A stretch of 64,000 nucleotides of DNA from Candidatus Phycocordibacter aenigmaticus (GTDB taxonomy: Bacteria > Patescibacteriota > Minisyncoccia > Phycocordibacterales > UBA2163), in assembly GCA_002327585.1 (NCBI GenBank), contig DCWL01000006.1, positions 28,302-92,301 on the forward strand, written 5' to 3'. Numbering within the stretch: position 1 is the stretch's first letter; each line of letters opens with the position of its first letter. Shown here in pieces: positions 50,259 through 59,737 of the stretch. The translations under genes were made by a program, and so were the position numbers. The notes under the pieces were generated by a model, which did no database searches, was not told the origin of the DNA, and saw only the letters and a program-made list of their open reading frames with translations.

Positions 50259-50531
50259 ATGAACAAAGCATCTATAGCTGATAAAGTTCATGAAATGCTT
50301 GGAGGAACAAAAGCTCAAGCAGAGAGAGCGGTTGATTTGGTTGTCGATTCTATTATTGAAGGGCTTAAAAACGGTCAGGAAGTGTCAATTGCAGGACTTG
50401 GAATTTTTTCAACAAAAATGCGCGCAGCGCGCCAGGGCCGAAACCCTCGCACAGGAGAAAGCATCCAAATTCAGGCAATGAGGATTCCTAAGTTCCGGGC
50501 AGCAAAAGCTCTTAAGGACGCAGTTAAATAA
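50259..50531 (+). CDS. hup: DNA-binding protein HU
   Basis: 90 aa; GFGIF/RNPRTGE arm motif. Confidence 0.88.
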   Translation: MNKASIADKVHEMLGGTKAQAERAVDLVVDSIIEGLKNGQEVSIAGLGIFSTKMRAARQGRNPRTGESIQIQAMRIPKFRAAKALKDAVK

Positions 50532-50555
50532 ATAACAGGTTTTTCTCTAGAGAAA

Positions 50556-50588
50556 ACAACCCCAACGTGACGTTGGGGTTGTTTTTTG
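50556..50588 (+). terminator. rho-independent terminator of hup
   Basis: aacaaccccaacgtgacgttggggttgtt hairpin then TTTTTTGTT. Confidence 0.65.
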
Positions 50589-50606
50589 TTACTATTCAAA
50601 AACAAT

Positions 50607-50677
50607 GCGGGATTAGTTAAATGGTATAATATCAGTTTTCCAAACTGAGGTTGGGAGTTCGATTCTCCCATCCCGCA
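50607..50677 (+). tRNA. tRNA-Trp (CCA)
   Basis: anticodon loop TTTCCAA, acceptor GCGGGAT/ATCCCGC. Confidence 0.8.
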
Positions 50678-50685
50678 CACAAGAA

Positions 50686-50718
50686 CAAACCCCTCCGCCT
50701 GTGGCGGAGGGGTTTGTT
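50686..50718 (+). terminator. hairpin terminator after tRNA-Trp
   Basis: caaacccctccgcc tgtg gcggaggggtttg. Confidence 0.5.
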
Positions 50719-51029
50719 GCTAATTACTCAGTTGCTTCTGTAGCATCCCCCTCTGTCCCCTCTGTTTCTGGAGCAGCTGTAGGGTTTACTGAGGGAGTTT
50801 CTCCCTCAGTTCCTTCAGGAGCATTTGGATTCATTTCATCCATAATGTTTTTATTTAAAGCTTCAAGTCATTTTTAAGGTGAATTCAAGCTTACTTGTAA
50901 TTAAACAAAAACTTGGAATTAACCAAGTTTCTATTAAATGTAGTATACATGAATAGAAACATTTGTCAATACTAAGCAATAATTATCTATTATTGTCAAT
51001 TTAGGGCTATATAATGTTATAATACGAGA

Positions 51030-52187
51030 ATGAAAGCCTTTATTTTATTAATACTTATAGGTATTGTTGTTTTCTTTGGGACATCAAAGTCTTCTGTGCG
51101 TGATGTTGCAGAATTTAAGCAAGAGCCGGAGTTTGTATTTGATGAAGAAAATGAACTTGAATTGTTAGAGAGTTCTTCAAAATCTGAAATAGAAATAAAA
51201 GAAGAAGAAATTATTGTAGTTGAAGAAGTGCAAGAGATAATTGTAGAAATTCCAGAAGTTATTTCTCTACCTGACAGCACTCAGGAGAATGTTGTAAAGC
51301 TTGTTGTTCCAAAGAAGGAGGAGAAACCAAAGATACTATTTAAGGATATCAATATAAGTACAAGAGAAGCACTTGTAAATATTTTCTGTACGACAAAATT
51401 TGGAGGATTATTCAAGCCGATTACTGGAAGCGGGATTGTAATAGATGAAAAAGGTATAATTCTTACAAATGCACATATTGCACAGTACTTTTTACTGAAA
51501 GATTATCTGACAGAAGATTTTGTTGACTGTGTTGTACGTAAAGGAAGTCCAGCAAAGCCACAATATAAAGCGGTTCCAATTTTCATATCGCCGTCGTGGA
51601 TAGAAAATAATGCCAAAAACATCAGAGAACAATCTCCCACAGGAACTGGAGAAGATGATTACGCGCTGATTCTTATAAATAAACATGTAAATCCGGAAAA
51701 AAATATTCCAGAATCTTTTTCTTTTATTTCTCCTGAATACGACAGTGAAAAAATAAAAATTAACGATACAGTTTTACTTGCAGCTTATCCCGCTGGGTTT
51801 TTAGGAGGCATATCAATACAAAAAGATTTATATTTAAGCTCGACTGTCACAAAAATTATGGAGTTGTTCACTTTTAAAGAAAGTACGTTGGACGTTTTTT
51901 CAATTGGAGGAAGCATTGTGGCTCAGCAGGGATCATCTGGAGGTGCTGTGGTTAATGGAGAGAATAAATTACTTGGCATTATTGTAACGAGTTCTACCGC
52001 TGAAACAACGCAGGATCGCGATCTGCGCGCTATCACAATTTCGCACATAAACAGGAGTTTTATTAAAGATGTGGGGTTTGACCTACAGACGATATTTAGT
52101 GGAGATGTTGCCGCAGAAGCCGAAGCATTCAACAAAAACATAGCACCAATACTTACGCAGTTTTTAGAGAATGAGTTAGATAAATAG
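51030..52187 (+). CDS. trypsin-like (S1/HtrA-like) serine protease, membrane anchored
   Basis: 385 aa; TNAHI His region, GSSGGAV catalytic Ser; acidic linker after N-terminal TM. Confidence 0.75.
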   Translation: MKAFILLILIGIVVFFGTSKSSVRDVAEFKQEPEFVFDEENELELLESSSKSEIEIKEEEIIVVEEVQEIIVEIPEVISLPDSTQENVVKLVVPKKEEKPKILFKDINISTREALVNIFCTTKFGGLFKPITGSGIVIDEKGIILTNAHIAQYFLLKDYLTEDFVDCVVRKGSPAKPQYKAVPIFISPSWIENNAKNIREQSPTGTGEDDYALILINKHVNPEKNIPESFSFISPEYDSEKIKINDTVLLAAYPAGFLGGISIQKDLYLSSTVTKIMELFTFKESTLDVFSIGGSIVAQQGSSGGAVVNGENKLLGIIVTSSTAETTQDRDLRAITISHINRSFIKDVGFDLQTIFSGDVAAEAEAFNKNIAPILTQFLENELDK

Positions 52188-52189
52188 TT

Positions 52190-53254
52190 TTATTTTGCTA
52201 TAAAAATTTTCTGTGTAGGATAAGCAAACTCAATCCCCTCTTTTTCAAAAGCTTCCATAAGGAAGAGATTGAATTTCTCTCTCGTGTCCATATATGTATT
52301 GTAGTCCCCCGTCGTTATATGATAAACAATTTCAAAATTTAAAGAGAAATCACCAAACTCTTTAAAATGAATTCTGTCCAACTCTACATTTTGTAGAGAT
52401 TTAAAAATATTTTTTATAATCTCTTTTACTTTTTTAATTTTCTCTACAGGGGTTTCATAAAGAATTCCAAAAGATGAAACAATTCTTCTCTTTTTCATTT
52501 TCTTGAAATTCTGGATCTGCGCGCCGGTAAGTTCATTATTAGAAATTATAATTTCTTCTCCTTGAAGTGCTCTTATGCGGGTTGTCTTAATGCCTATTTT
52601 CTCAACAGTCCCCATATACTCGCCGGCGACTATAAAATCCCCAACTGAAAAAGGCTTGTCAAAATAAATTGCAAACGAACTGAAAAGATCAGATAAAATA
52701 TTCTGCATCGCAAATGCAACTGCAATACCTCCGATGCCGAGCCCTGCAATAAGTGATGTGACGTCAATACCTAAGTTTGAAAATATTAAAAGAAGACCTA
52801 TTATCCAGAGCAGAAACTTCGCAATCATGTTTATATAACCAATAGCCGCCTTTGCACTTTTGTTTTCTTCTTTAGCAAATTTTTTGCTTAGTATGTAGTT
52901 AATAAGAATCTGAATTCCAGCGATGACTTGATACACAATCCATACGACTAAAATACCGTTTATAATTTTTACCGTAAGTATGCCCAAAGCTAGAAACTTA
53001 ACTGCAAAGTAAAATGCCACAAACCAATAAAATGGAGGCTTTAAGCTTTTTACAATTGAAATTAAAGTGTCGTCAATGTCGGTCTTGGTTTTCTGAGCAA
53101 GTTTCTCTAATCGCCTTAATATGACATATTGGATAATCTTGAAGACAATTAAAAGGACTATAAATAAAGCTATTGCTTTTGCATATTCAAGCACAGAATT
53201 ACCAAAATATTCAGCCCCGAAATTGATATTTTCTATAAAATTAGTCATTGACAT
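52190..53254 (-). CDS. mechanosensitive ion channel (MscS family)
   Basis: 354 aa; TM region then MscS beta domain GTVEKIGIKTTRIRALQGEEIIISN. Confidence 0.8.
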   Translation of the reverse strand: MSMTNFIENINFGAEYFGNSVLEYAKAIALFIVLLIVFKIIQYVILRRLEKLAQKTKTDIDDTLISIVKSLKPPFYWFVAFYFAVKFLALGILTVKIINGILVVWIVYQVIAGIQILINYILSKKFAKEENKSAKAAIGYINMIAKFLLWIIGLLLIFSNLGIDVTSLIAGLGIGGIAVAFAMQNILSDLFSSFAIYFDKPFSVGDFIVAGEYMGTVEKIGIKTTRIRALQGEEIIISNNELTGAQIQNFKKMKKRRIVSSFGILYETPVEKIKKVKEIIKNIFKSLQNVELDRIHFKEFGDFSLNFEIVYHITTGDYNTYMDTREKFNLFLMEAFEKEGIEFAYPTQKIFIAK

Positions 53255-53272
53255 AGTTTACATTATATTGCT

Positions 53273-53581
53273 TTATTTTGCAAGGATCTTTTTCTCATAC
53301 TCTGGGAAATATGTGGATATTTGTTTTAAGTTGAATTTCTTAAGTATTGCTTCTTTTGGTTCTTTATCAAGAAGAAATTCAAATGACTTTCGGACTAGTT
53401 CACTGGGTTTGACCTCGCGGCTAGTAAGTTTCTCCCAATATTCCCTATCAACCGTCACTTCGTAGCACATACCTTCAATCTCTACACTAAATACCCATTT
53501 CTCTTCAGATTCACTTTTTATTTCTACATTTGTCATACCTCTAATTCTCTCATAGGTGTGGATAAATGGGAAATTTGACAA
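53273..53581 (-). CDS. hypothetical protein
   Basis: 102 aa. Confidence 0.45.
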   Translation of the reverse strand: MSNFPFIHTYERIRGMTNVEIKSESEEKWVFSVEIEGMCYEVTVDREYWEKLTSREVKPSELVRKSFEFLLDKEPKEAILKKFNLKQISTYFPEYEKKILAK

Positions 53582-53682
53582 TATATTATAGAATATGTTA
53601 CGATACAGCCTCGTTGTTCTTTATAGCTACATACGGCTAGCCACAGCCACATTTAACTTTTTTACAATGAAAGGGGTTTTGA

Positions 53683-54204
53683 ATGACTTCACGAACAGAT
53701 AAAAAAAAGATTTTAACTGTCGGTTTTTCCGACAATGAAAAGCAAATATTAGACGCTTCCAATGCCGGTAGGTTTGATATTACTCACGAGAGTAATACAA
53801 AAGACGGCCTGGAGAGCATCTCAAACGCGACCGTGTTTGATGCTTTATTTGTAAAGGACGGAGCATGGCCTGCCATAGAAGGCAGAAGTGCTATAGATGG
53901 TAGAGATCTGCTTAAACAAATGTCAGAGATACCTAAACTTCTTACAATAGCTATCGAAGACAGTATGTTTATAGGTATTGCCCATCCGGAATGTGGCAAA
54001 AAACCTGTTGTTCAAAACCTGAAAGATCTAGAAAGTATCAGGAATGTGGAGAGGATTACCGCATTAGATATTAGTACAAACAAAGATTTAAAAGCTTTAT
54101 TTAGTACGGTGGTTGAGAATATTATCAATGAAGAGTCATTAGTAAAAGAAGATTCGGCCGGGAAAACAGAAGATGTAAAAAACGCAGCATTTCTGACTTC
54201 CTAA
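53683..54204 (+). CDS. hypothetical protein
   Basis: 173 aa. Confidence 0.45.
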   Translation: MTSRTDKKKILTVGFSDNEKQILDASNAGRFDITHESNTKDGLESISNATVFDALFVKDGAWPAIEGRSAIDGRDLLKQMSEIPKLLTIAIEDSMFIGIAHPECGKKPVVQNLKDLESIRNVERITALDISTNKDLKALFSTVVENIINEESLVKEDSAGKTEDVKNAAFLTS

Positions 54205-54325
54205 TCCTAATTTAGATGTAGTAGAAGTAAAAACTAATTAATTTAAAGGCTTGTGGCTAAGCTATGTAGTTGGTATACCCCCAAAACCTTTGGTTTCGGG
54301 GGTTTTTATTGTATAGTAAATCAAT

Positions 54326-54396
54326 CGGGGTGTAGCATAGTGGTAGTGTACTCGGTTTGGGACCGAGCGGTCCGGGTTCGATTCCCGGCTCCCCGA
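54326..54396 (+). tRNA. tRNA-Pro (TGG)
   Basis: anticodon loop TTTGGGA; C1:G72 and A73 as expected for bacterial tRNA-Pro. Confidence 0.75.
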
Positions 54397-54402
54397 ATTT
54401 TC

Positions 54403-54416
54403 TAAAGGACATTTAT
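54403..54416 (+). repeat. TAAAGGACATTTAT motif, copy 1
   Basis: exact 14-mer also at 57036..57049; partial copy 57023..57035. Confidence 0.7.
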
Positions 54417-54996
54417 ATAACTATATCTTCTAAAAATCCCACTCTCACCTTTTTATTCTTTATATCAAGATAAATTATAATCACATCAAACCACCACTAT
54501 ATGCCATCACCTGCCTTTTCAAGTAAGTATGTCCGTATAGTTCTTAATAATAGCTTTAATTTCTATTAATGTGCTTTATCTTCCGGTCTACAGCTATCTG
54601 TTTCATGAATAACATTATCTAATTTTCCACATAACATAGTTTTTACTTCAATAAAGTGTAAAAGCTTATCTTTTTAGTAATTATACCAATTTCTCCCTAT
54701 TTTTTTCAATAATTTCATTCAATAATCTTAAACCTTTGTTTCACGAGAAACCTATATGCTATATTTTCATTAATTTCTCTAATTTACTGCTTTTTTTATT
54801 TCAATTCCTATTGATATATGTTATTTATGAAACATAATATAATAAAGTTTCATGTGAAACTATTTTAAGTGTTATGAACAGGATGTATTACTTAACCTTT
54901 GAGTAACAAATATCCTTATTTTAAGTCATATTTTTAGAAAAGGACGTTATAATTAACTATTTATTAAAAATGTCTTTTATACACATATTCACAGTT

Positions 54997-55005
54997 TTAT
55001 CCACA
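54997..55005 (+). promoter_or_regulatory. perfect DnaA box TTATCCACA
   Basis: seen directly inside 690-bp AT-rich ORF desert. Confidence 0.5.
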
Positions 55006-55092
55006 ATTTTACATGAAAATATCCTTATTTTTCGTAATTTTTAAAAAATCTTAAAGACAAAACTACAAAAATTATTAACGTTATTGATAGTG

Positions 55093-55163
55093 TGCGGATA
55101 GAGGGAATTGAACCCTCGTCTCATCCTTGGCAAGGACGTATTCTACCACTAAACTATACCCGC
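55093..55163 (-). tRNA. tRNA-Gly (GCC)
   Basis: anticodon loop TTGCCAA, acceptor GCGGGTA. Confidence 0.8.
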
Positions 55164-55166
55164 ATA

Positions 55167-55238
55167 CGCGCCCGCCAGGACTCGAACCCAGAACGGCTGG
55201 TCCGAAGCCAGCTGTGATATCCATTTCACCACGAGCGC
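55167..55238 (-). tRNA. tRNA-Arg (TCG)
   Basis: anticodon stem GCTGG/CCAGC, loop CTTCGGA. Confidence 0.75.
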
Positions 55239-55302
55239 AATAAAGATATTATACAATTTTATTGGCATAAATACAAAACATGAAGTAGAATAAATATAAA
55301 TA

Positions 55303-56778
55303 ATGAACAAGATTAAATTAAACATTCCAAAAGAGGTTTCACAGGTAACAAAATCGCTAGAAAACGCAGGTTTTGAGTCATATATTGTGGGAGGATGTGT
55401 GAGAGACCTCTTGAGAGGCAAAATTCCAAAAGATTGGGATATTACAACAAATGCGACACCCGAGAGAATAAAAAAACTATTTGACAACACATTTTACAAT
55501 AATGATTACGGAACAGTAGGTGTTGTGAATGAGGGTACAGAGGATGAAACTCTTAAAGTGATTGAAGTAACACCATATCGTCTTGAATCAGAATATTCAG
55601 ACGCCAGAAGACCAGATTCTGTGGAATTCAGCCATTCTTTAGAACATGACCTGCATAGGCGTGACTTTACAATAAATGCGATCGCATACAGTCTTTCTAA
55701 AGAACATATCGTTGATCTTTATAAAGGACAAGGAGATATAGAGAAGGGAATTGTGCGCGCAGTTGGAGATCCAGATATAAGATTTAATGAAGATGCTTTG
55801 AGAATATTACGTGCTATAAGGATTTCAGCGGAGTTAGGTTTTAAAATAGAGGAGAAAACTAAAAAAGCAATTAAAAATGATGCTAGAATGATAGTTAAAA
55901 TTGCCAAAGAGCGAATTAGAGATGAGTTTATAAGGATTATTATGTCAGATAAGCCTATGGAAGGCCTTGAATTAGCCCATGAATTGGGGGTTTTAAGCTT
56001 TATAATACCTGAACTTGAAGAAGGGTTTGACGTGAAACAAAATCAGGCTCATTCCTACACAGTTTGGGAGCATTCTCTTAGATCAGTTCAGCATTCATCT
56101 GAAAAGGGATGGCCTCTTGAGATACGTTTGGCGGCTTTGTTTCATGATATAGGAAAACCAGCAACAAGTAGGTGGTCTGACGAAAAGCAGGATTGGACGT
56201 TTCATGGGCATGATGTTGTCGGCGGCAGGATGACTAAGAAAATACTGACTGATTTGAAGTTTCCCAACAAACAAGTGGATAAAATAACAAAATTGGTCCG
56301 CTGGCACTTGTTTTTCTCTGATACTGAGAAAATAACACTCTCTGCCGTCCGCAGGATGATACGAAACGTGGGGGAAGATAATATATGGGATCTAATGGAT
56401 TTGCGTGTCAGCGACAGAATAGGAACAGGAAGGCCAAAAGCTCATCCATATCGCCTACGCAAATATAAATCTATGGTTGAGGAGGCACTACGAGACCCAA
56501 TATCTGTAATGATGCTTAAAATTAATGGCAGAAGAGTTATGGAAATTACAGAAGAGAAACCGGGACCTAAAATAGGATATATTCTACACGCTCTTTTGGA
56601 GGAAGTTTTGGATAATCCGAAGCTCAATACTGCCGAATATTTAGAGGAAAAGACTAGAAAACTTATTAAATTAAGTGAGAGTGAGCTCAAAAAAATTGGA
56701 GAAAAAGGAAAATTAAAAAAAGGCGAAATAGAAGGAAAAGAAGTTGAAAAAGTAAGAGATAGGCATTATGTGAAATAA
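55303..56778 (+). CDS. cca: CCA-adding tRNA nucleotidyltransferase with HD domain
   Basis: 491 aa; GGCVRDLLRG pol-beta head, HD motif region FHDIGK. Confidence 0.8.
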   Translation: MNKIKLNIPKEVSQVTKSLENAGFESYIVGGCVRDLLRGKIPKDWDITTNATPERIKKLFDNTFYNNDYGTVGVVNEGTEDETLKVIEVTPYRLESEYSDARRPDSVEFSHSLEHDLHRRDFTINAIAYSLSKEHIVDLYKGQGDIEKGIVRAVGDPDIRFNEDALRILRAIRISAELGFKIEEKTKKAIKNDARMIVKIAKERIRDEFIRIIMSDKPMEGLELAHELGVLSFIIPELEEGFDVKQNQAHSYTVWEHSLRSVQHSSEKGWPLEIRLAALFHDIGKPATSRWSDEKQDWTFHGHDVVGGRMTKKILTDLKFPNKQVDKITKLVRWHLFFSDTEKITLSAVRRMIRNVGEDNIWDLMDLRVSDRIGTGRPKAHPYRLRKYKSMVEEALRDPISVMMLKINGRRVMEITEEKPGPKIGYILHALLEEVLDNPKLNTAEYLEEKTRKLIKLSESELKKIGEKGKLKKGEIEGKEVEKVRDRHYVK

Positions 56779-57035
56779 AAAAATCCACCATAGAGCTTAA
56801 AGTGGAGTTATGTAAGCATAATAGTGGATTTCTAGGAGAAACCGAGAGAGATGAGAGAAGGCCGTAAAATGAGTTTGATATAAGTTATATGCGTGTATTA
56901 AATATCTCTTTATACAAAAATTTAATAAGATTGCAGATAAAAATACTTAACAGTCATACCACTAAATTCAAACTACCTGATTGTGTAAAGAACCACTAAT
57001 CCACTTATTATAATACTTCCTATAAAGGACATTTG

Positions 57036-57057
57036 TAAAGGACATTTATGTGGATAA
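57036..57057 (+). repeat. TAAAGGACATTTAT copy 2 overlapping perfect DnaA box TGTGGATAA
   Basis: seen directly; DnaA box 57049..57057. Confidence 0.7.
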
Positions 57058-57095
57058 CTTTTCAACAAGCTTAGAGTAAGTTTTAAAAATATCTT

Positions 57096-57863
57096 TTAAG
57101 ATAATTCAATACCAACTGGCGCATGGTCGGAACCAAATATATCGCTTAAAATAAAAGCCTTTTTAAGATTATTCTGTAAATTTGAACTTATGAAAAAATA
57201 ATCCAACCTCCAGCCGATATTGCGGTCGCGGGCTCTTGTCTTAATATCCCAATAGCTATATGAATCTTTTTTATCAGGATTTAGATGCCGGAATGTGTCA
57301 ATATAGCCGTGGCGGATTACTTCATCAATCCATGCTCTCTCTTCGGGAAGAAAACCTGTGCTTTCTTTATTTTCCCTCGGGCGGGCAAGATCAATTTCCT
57401 CATGAGCTGTGTTTATATCTCCACAGAAAATTATTTTTTTTTCGCCCTTTTTTAATTTTTCAATATAATTAAGAAATGCATCATAAAAATCAAGTTTGTA
57501 TTTTAATCTCTCTGGCCCCATGCCGCCGTTGGGGAAGTAAACATTTAAAAGTATAAAGTTTTTGAAATATAAAGTTAATAAACGTCCTTCTTGGTCAAAT
57601 CTCTTTATCCCCATGCCATACTCAACCTTTTTCGGCTTGGTCTTGGTGTAGACGGCTACTCCGCTGTATCCTTTTTTAATTTCTGCTGAGGCGAAAAATG
57701 AGAAATGGCCTCGTATCTCGCGCAGTTGCTCAGGAAGTTGCTGAGGTTGAGCTTTTGTCTCCTGAATGCAGAAAATATCGGCATTTTGTGTAAAAAAATC
57801 ATTCCAAGAGTCTTTTTTATGAATGGCTCGCAGACCATTTACATTCCAAGATAGTATTTTCAT
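57096..57863 (-). CDS. xthA: exodeoxyribonuclease III
   Basis: 255 aa; MKILSWNVNGLRA, EEP-fold motifs. Confidence 0.88.
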   Translation of the reverse strand: MKILSWNVNGLRAIHKKDSWNDFFTQNADIFCIQETKAQPQQLPEQLREIRGHFSFFASAEIKKGYSGVAVYTKTKPKKVEYGMGIKRFDQEGRLLTLYFKNFILLNVYFPNGGMGPERLKYKLDFYDAFLNYIEKLKKGEKKIIFCGDINTAHEEIDLARPRENKESTGFLPEERAWIDEVIRHGYIDTFRHLNPDKKDSYSYWDIKTRARDRNIGWRLDYFFISSNLQNNLKKAFILSDIFGSDHAPVGIELS

Positions 57864-57881
57864 GTATTTATATTAATATTT

Positions 57882-58808
57882 TTATTTCCTTTTCTTTCCA
57901 TGAAACGTTTTATGTATTTCACGGAGATGTTTATCTGTGACATGCGTGTAGACTTGTGTTGTCGCAATGTTTGCATGCCCTAAAAGCGCCTGCACCGAGC
58001 GTAAGTCAGCACCACTTTCTAGAAGATCGGTTGCAAAGGAATGGCGCACTACATGAGGAGTCACTTTTTTAGAAATACCAGCTTTCACTGCATAGAATTT
58101 TACAATCCGCTCAACAGAACGCGGTGTAAGGCGAAGTGAATCCGCGCGTGAAGCATTTTTGCCGAATTGAATAAACAATGCTTCATCCATATCTTCTCTT
58201 TTGTCTAGATAGTTTCTTACAGCCTTTTTTGCAGAGTTTGAAAGAAAGACAACGCGGATTTTATCTCCCTTACCGCGCACAGAAAGCTCATCTTTTGAAA
58301 GGTCAATGTCATTGTTTAAAGCGCAAAGCTCTGATACGCGCAAGCCTGTGGAGAATAAGAGCTCTAATATCGCTTTGTCGCGGAGACTTTTAACATCTGT
58401 TTCATCTGGTGATGAAAGAAGTCTCCCAAGATCGTCTGAAGATATAAGGTCTAGGCTACGCTCGGAAGTTTTTGCAAGCTCAATGCGCTCAGGGGAGAGA
58501 GAATCTATCTCACGTTTGCGTAGAAATTTAAGAAATGCGCGAAGAGCTATTAAATAATAGTTTTGAGTTTTTTTCTTAAGAGTATCTTTCACCCCTTCTG
58601 TTGTTGCACCACTTTCTTGCCTATTGAGCCATAGGCGGAACTTACGGACGTTCTCATCGGTAATATCTCCCACTTTCTTTATTTTCGTGAAATCAATAAA
58701 ACGAGAAAGATATCGGTCATAGTTTTGTACAGTTTTCAGACTCCTACCTTTCTCAATCTCTAAGTATTCAAGAAACTCTTGTTTTAATTTCTCAATATTT
58801 TGCGACAT
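57882..58808 (-). CDS. tyrosine recombinase XerC/XerD-like
   Basis: 308 aa; R..HxxR..Y catalytic region HVVRHSFAT...LLGHANIATTQVYTHV. Confidence 0.85.
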   Translation of the reverse strand: MSQNIEKLKQEFLEYLEIEKGRSLKTVQNYDRYLSRFIDFTKIKKVGDITDENVRKFRLWLNRQESGATTEGVKDTLKKKTQNYYLIALRAFLKFLRKREIDSLSPERIELAKTSERSLDLISSDDLGRLLSSPDETDVKSLRDKAILELLFSTGLRVSELCALNNDIDLSKDELSVRGKGDKIRVVFLSNSAKKAVRNYLDKREDMDEALFIQFGKNASRADSLRLTPRSVERIVKFYAVKAGISKKVTPHVVRHSFATDLLESGADLRSVQALLGHANIATTQVYTHVTDKHLREIHKTFHGKKRK

Positions 58809-58943
58809 TAAATATATTGTAGCAGGAGTTTTTCTTTTTCAAAACTTTATTTTGAATTCGCAGGAATATCTTATTGTGGGATGTGCTACATTATATTTTT
58901 CACGGTTGCAAAATCTGCTGTTTTTTGGTACTATATTCATATA

Positions 58944-59210
58944 ATGCTTACATTAAAAAAGAAGCAGAAGTCAATAAAAGAAACGCGGATTCACGATAAA
59001 GACACTGGTTCTCCTGAGGTGCAGGTTTCAATATTAACAAAAAGAATCACTGAACTTACAAAACACCTTAAGAAAAACATCAAAGACAAACATCCGCGCC
59101 GGGGGCTTTTAAGTATGGTTGCGGCCCGCCGTAGGCATTTGAAATATTTGGAGAAAAAAAACAAGAAGAGGTATAGCACTCTTATAAAAAAACTTGGCTT
59201 GAAAAAATAG
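58944..59210 (+). CDS. rpsO: 30S ribosomal protein S15
   Basis: start trimmed to MLTLKKK; [14 protein letters not shown] motifs. Confidence 0.85.
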   Translation: MLTLKKKQKSIKETRIHDKDTGSPEVQVSILTKRITELTKHLKKNIKDKHPRRGLLSMVAARRRHLKYLEKKNKKRYSTLIKKLGLKK

Positions 59211-59219
59211 TCATGAATT

Positions 59220-59735
59220 ATGATAATAAAACACAAAAATCAGCGCGTTGGAATTTTTATAGATACGCAAAATCTCTACCACAGCGCTAAGAATTTATAT
59301 AAGTCAAAGGTAAACTTCGGACATGTTATAAAAGACGCACTTTCAGGGCGCAACCTTATTCGTGCCGTAGCGTATGTTGTAACGACAGAATCCGGCGAGG
59401 AAGGCGGGTTTTTTGAGGCGCTTGAAAAACTTGGAATAGAAACGAAGACGAAAGATCTTCAGGTATTTTTCGGTGGAGCAAAGAAAGCCGACTGGGATGT
59501 AGGAATTGCAATTGATGCGGTTAAAATGGCACCAAAACTCGACACCATCATTCTTGCGACGGGAGACGGCGATTTTGTGCCTTTAGTTGAATATTTGAAA
59601 ATGAAAGAGGGATGCCAGGTGGAAGTGATTTCATTTGGGCGCTCTTCTTCAAGTAAGCTTCGTGAAGTAACAGATGACTTTATTGACATGTGCGAGAATC
59701 CACGAAGGTATTTGATAGGATATAGGGGACGATAA
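59220..59735 (+). CDS. NYN-domain (LabA-like, PIN-like) protein
   Basis: 171 aa; VGIFIDTQNLY..IILATGDGDF acidic catalytic residues. Confidence 0.7.
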   Translation: MIIKHKNQRVGIFIDTQNLYHSAKNLYKSKVNFGHVIKDALSGRNLIRAVAYVVTTESGEEGGFFEALEKLGIETKTKDLQVFFGGAKKADWDVGIAIDAVKMAPKLDTIILATGDGDFVPLVEYLKMKEGCQVEVISFGRSSSSKLREVTDDFIDMCENPRRYLIGYRGR

Positions 59736-59737
59736 AA

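Noticed and set aside
50718-50836. 39-aa acidic ORF (MDEMNPNAPEGTEGETPS...) on minus strand after tRNA-Trp
   Set aside because: Low-complexity, overlaps a terminator hairpin, no support beyond an open frame.
54403-58808. Integrated mobile element at tRNA-Pro (direct repeats + tyrosine recombinase)
   Set aside because: The recombinase lies outside the repeat-bounded segment and looks like a housekeeping XerC/D. The enclosed genes are tRNAs and cca. Kept only as an alternative hypothesis.
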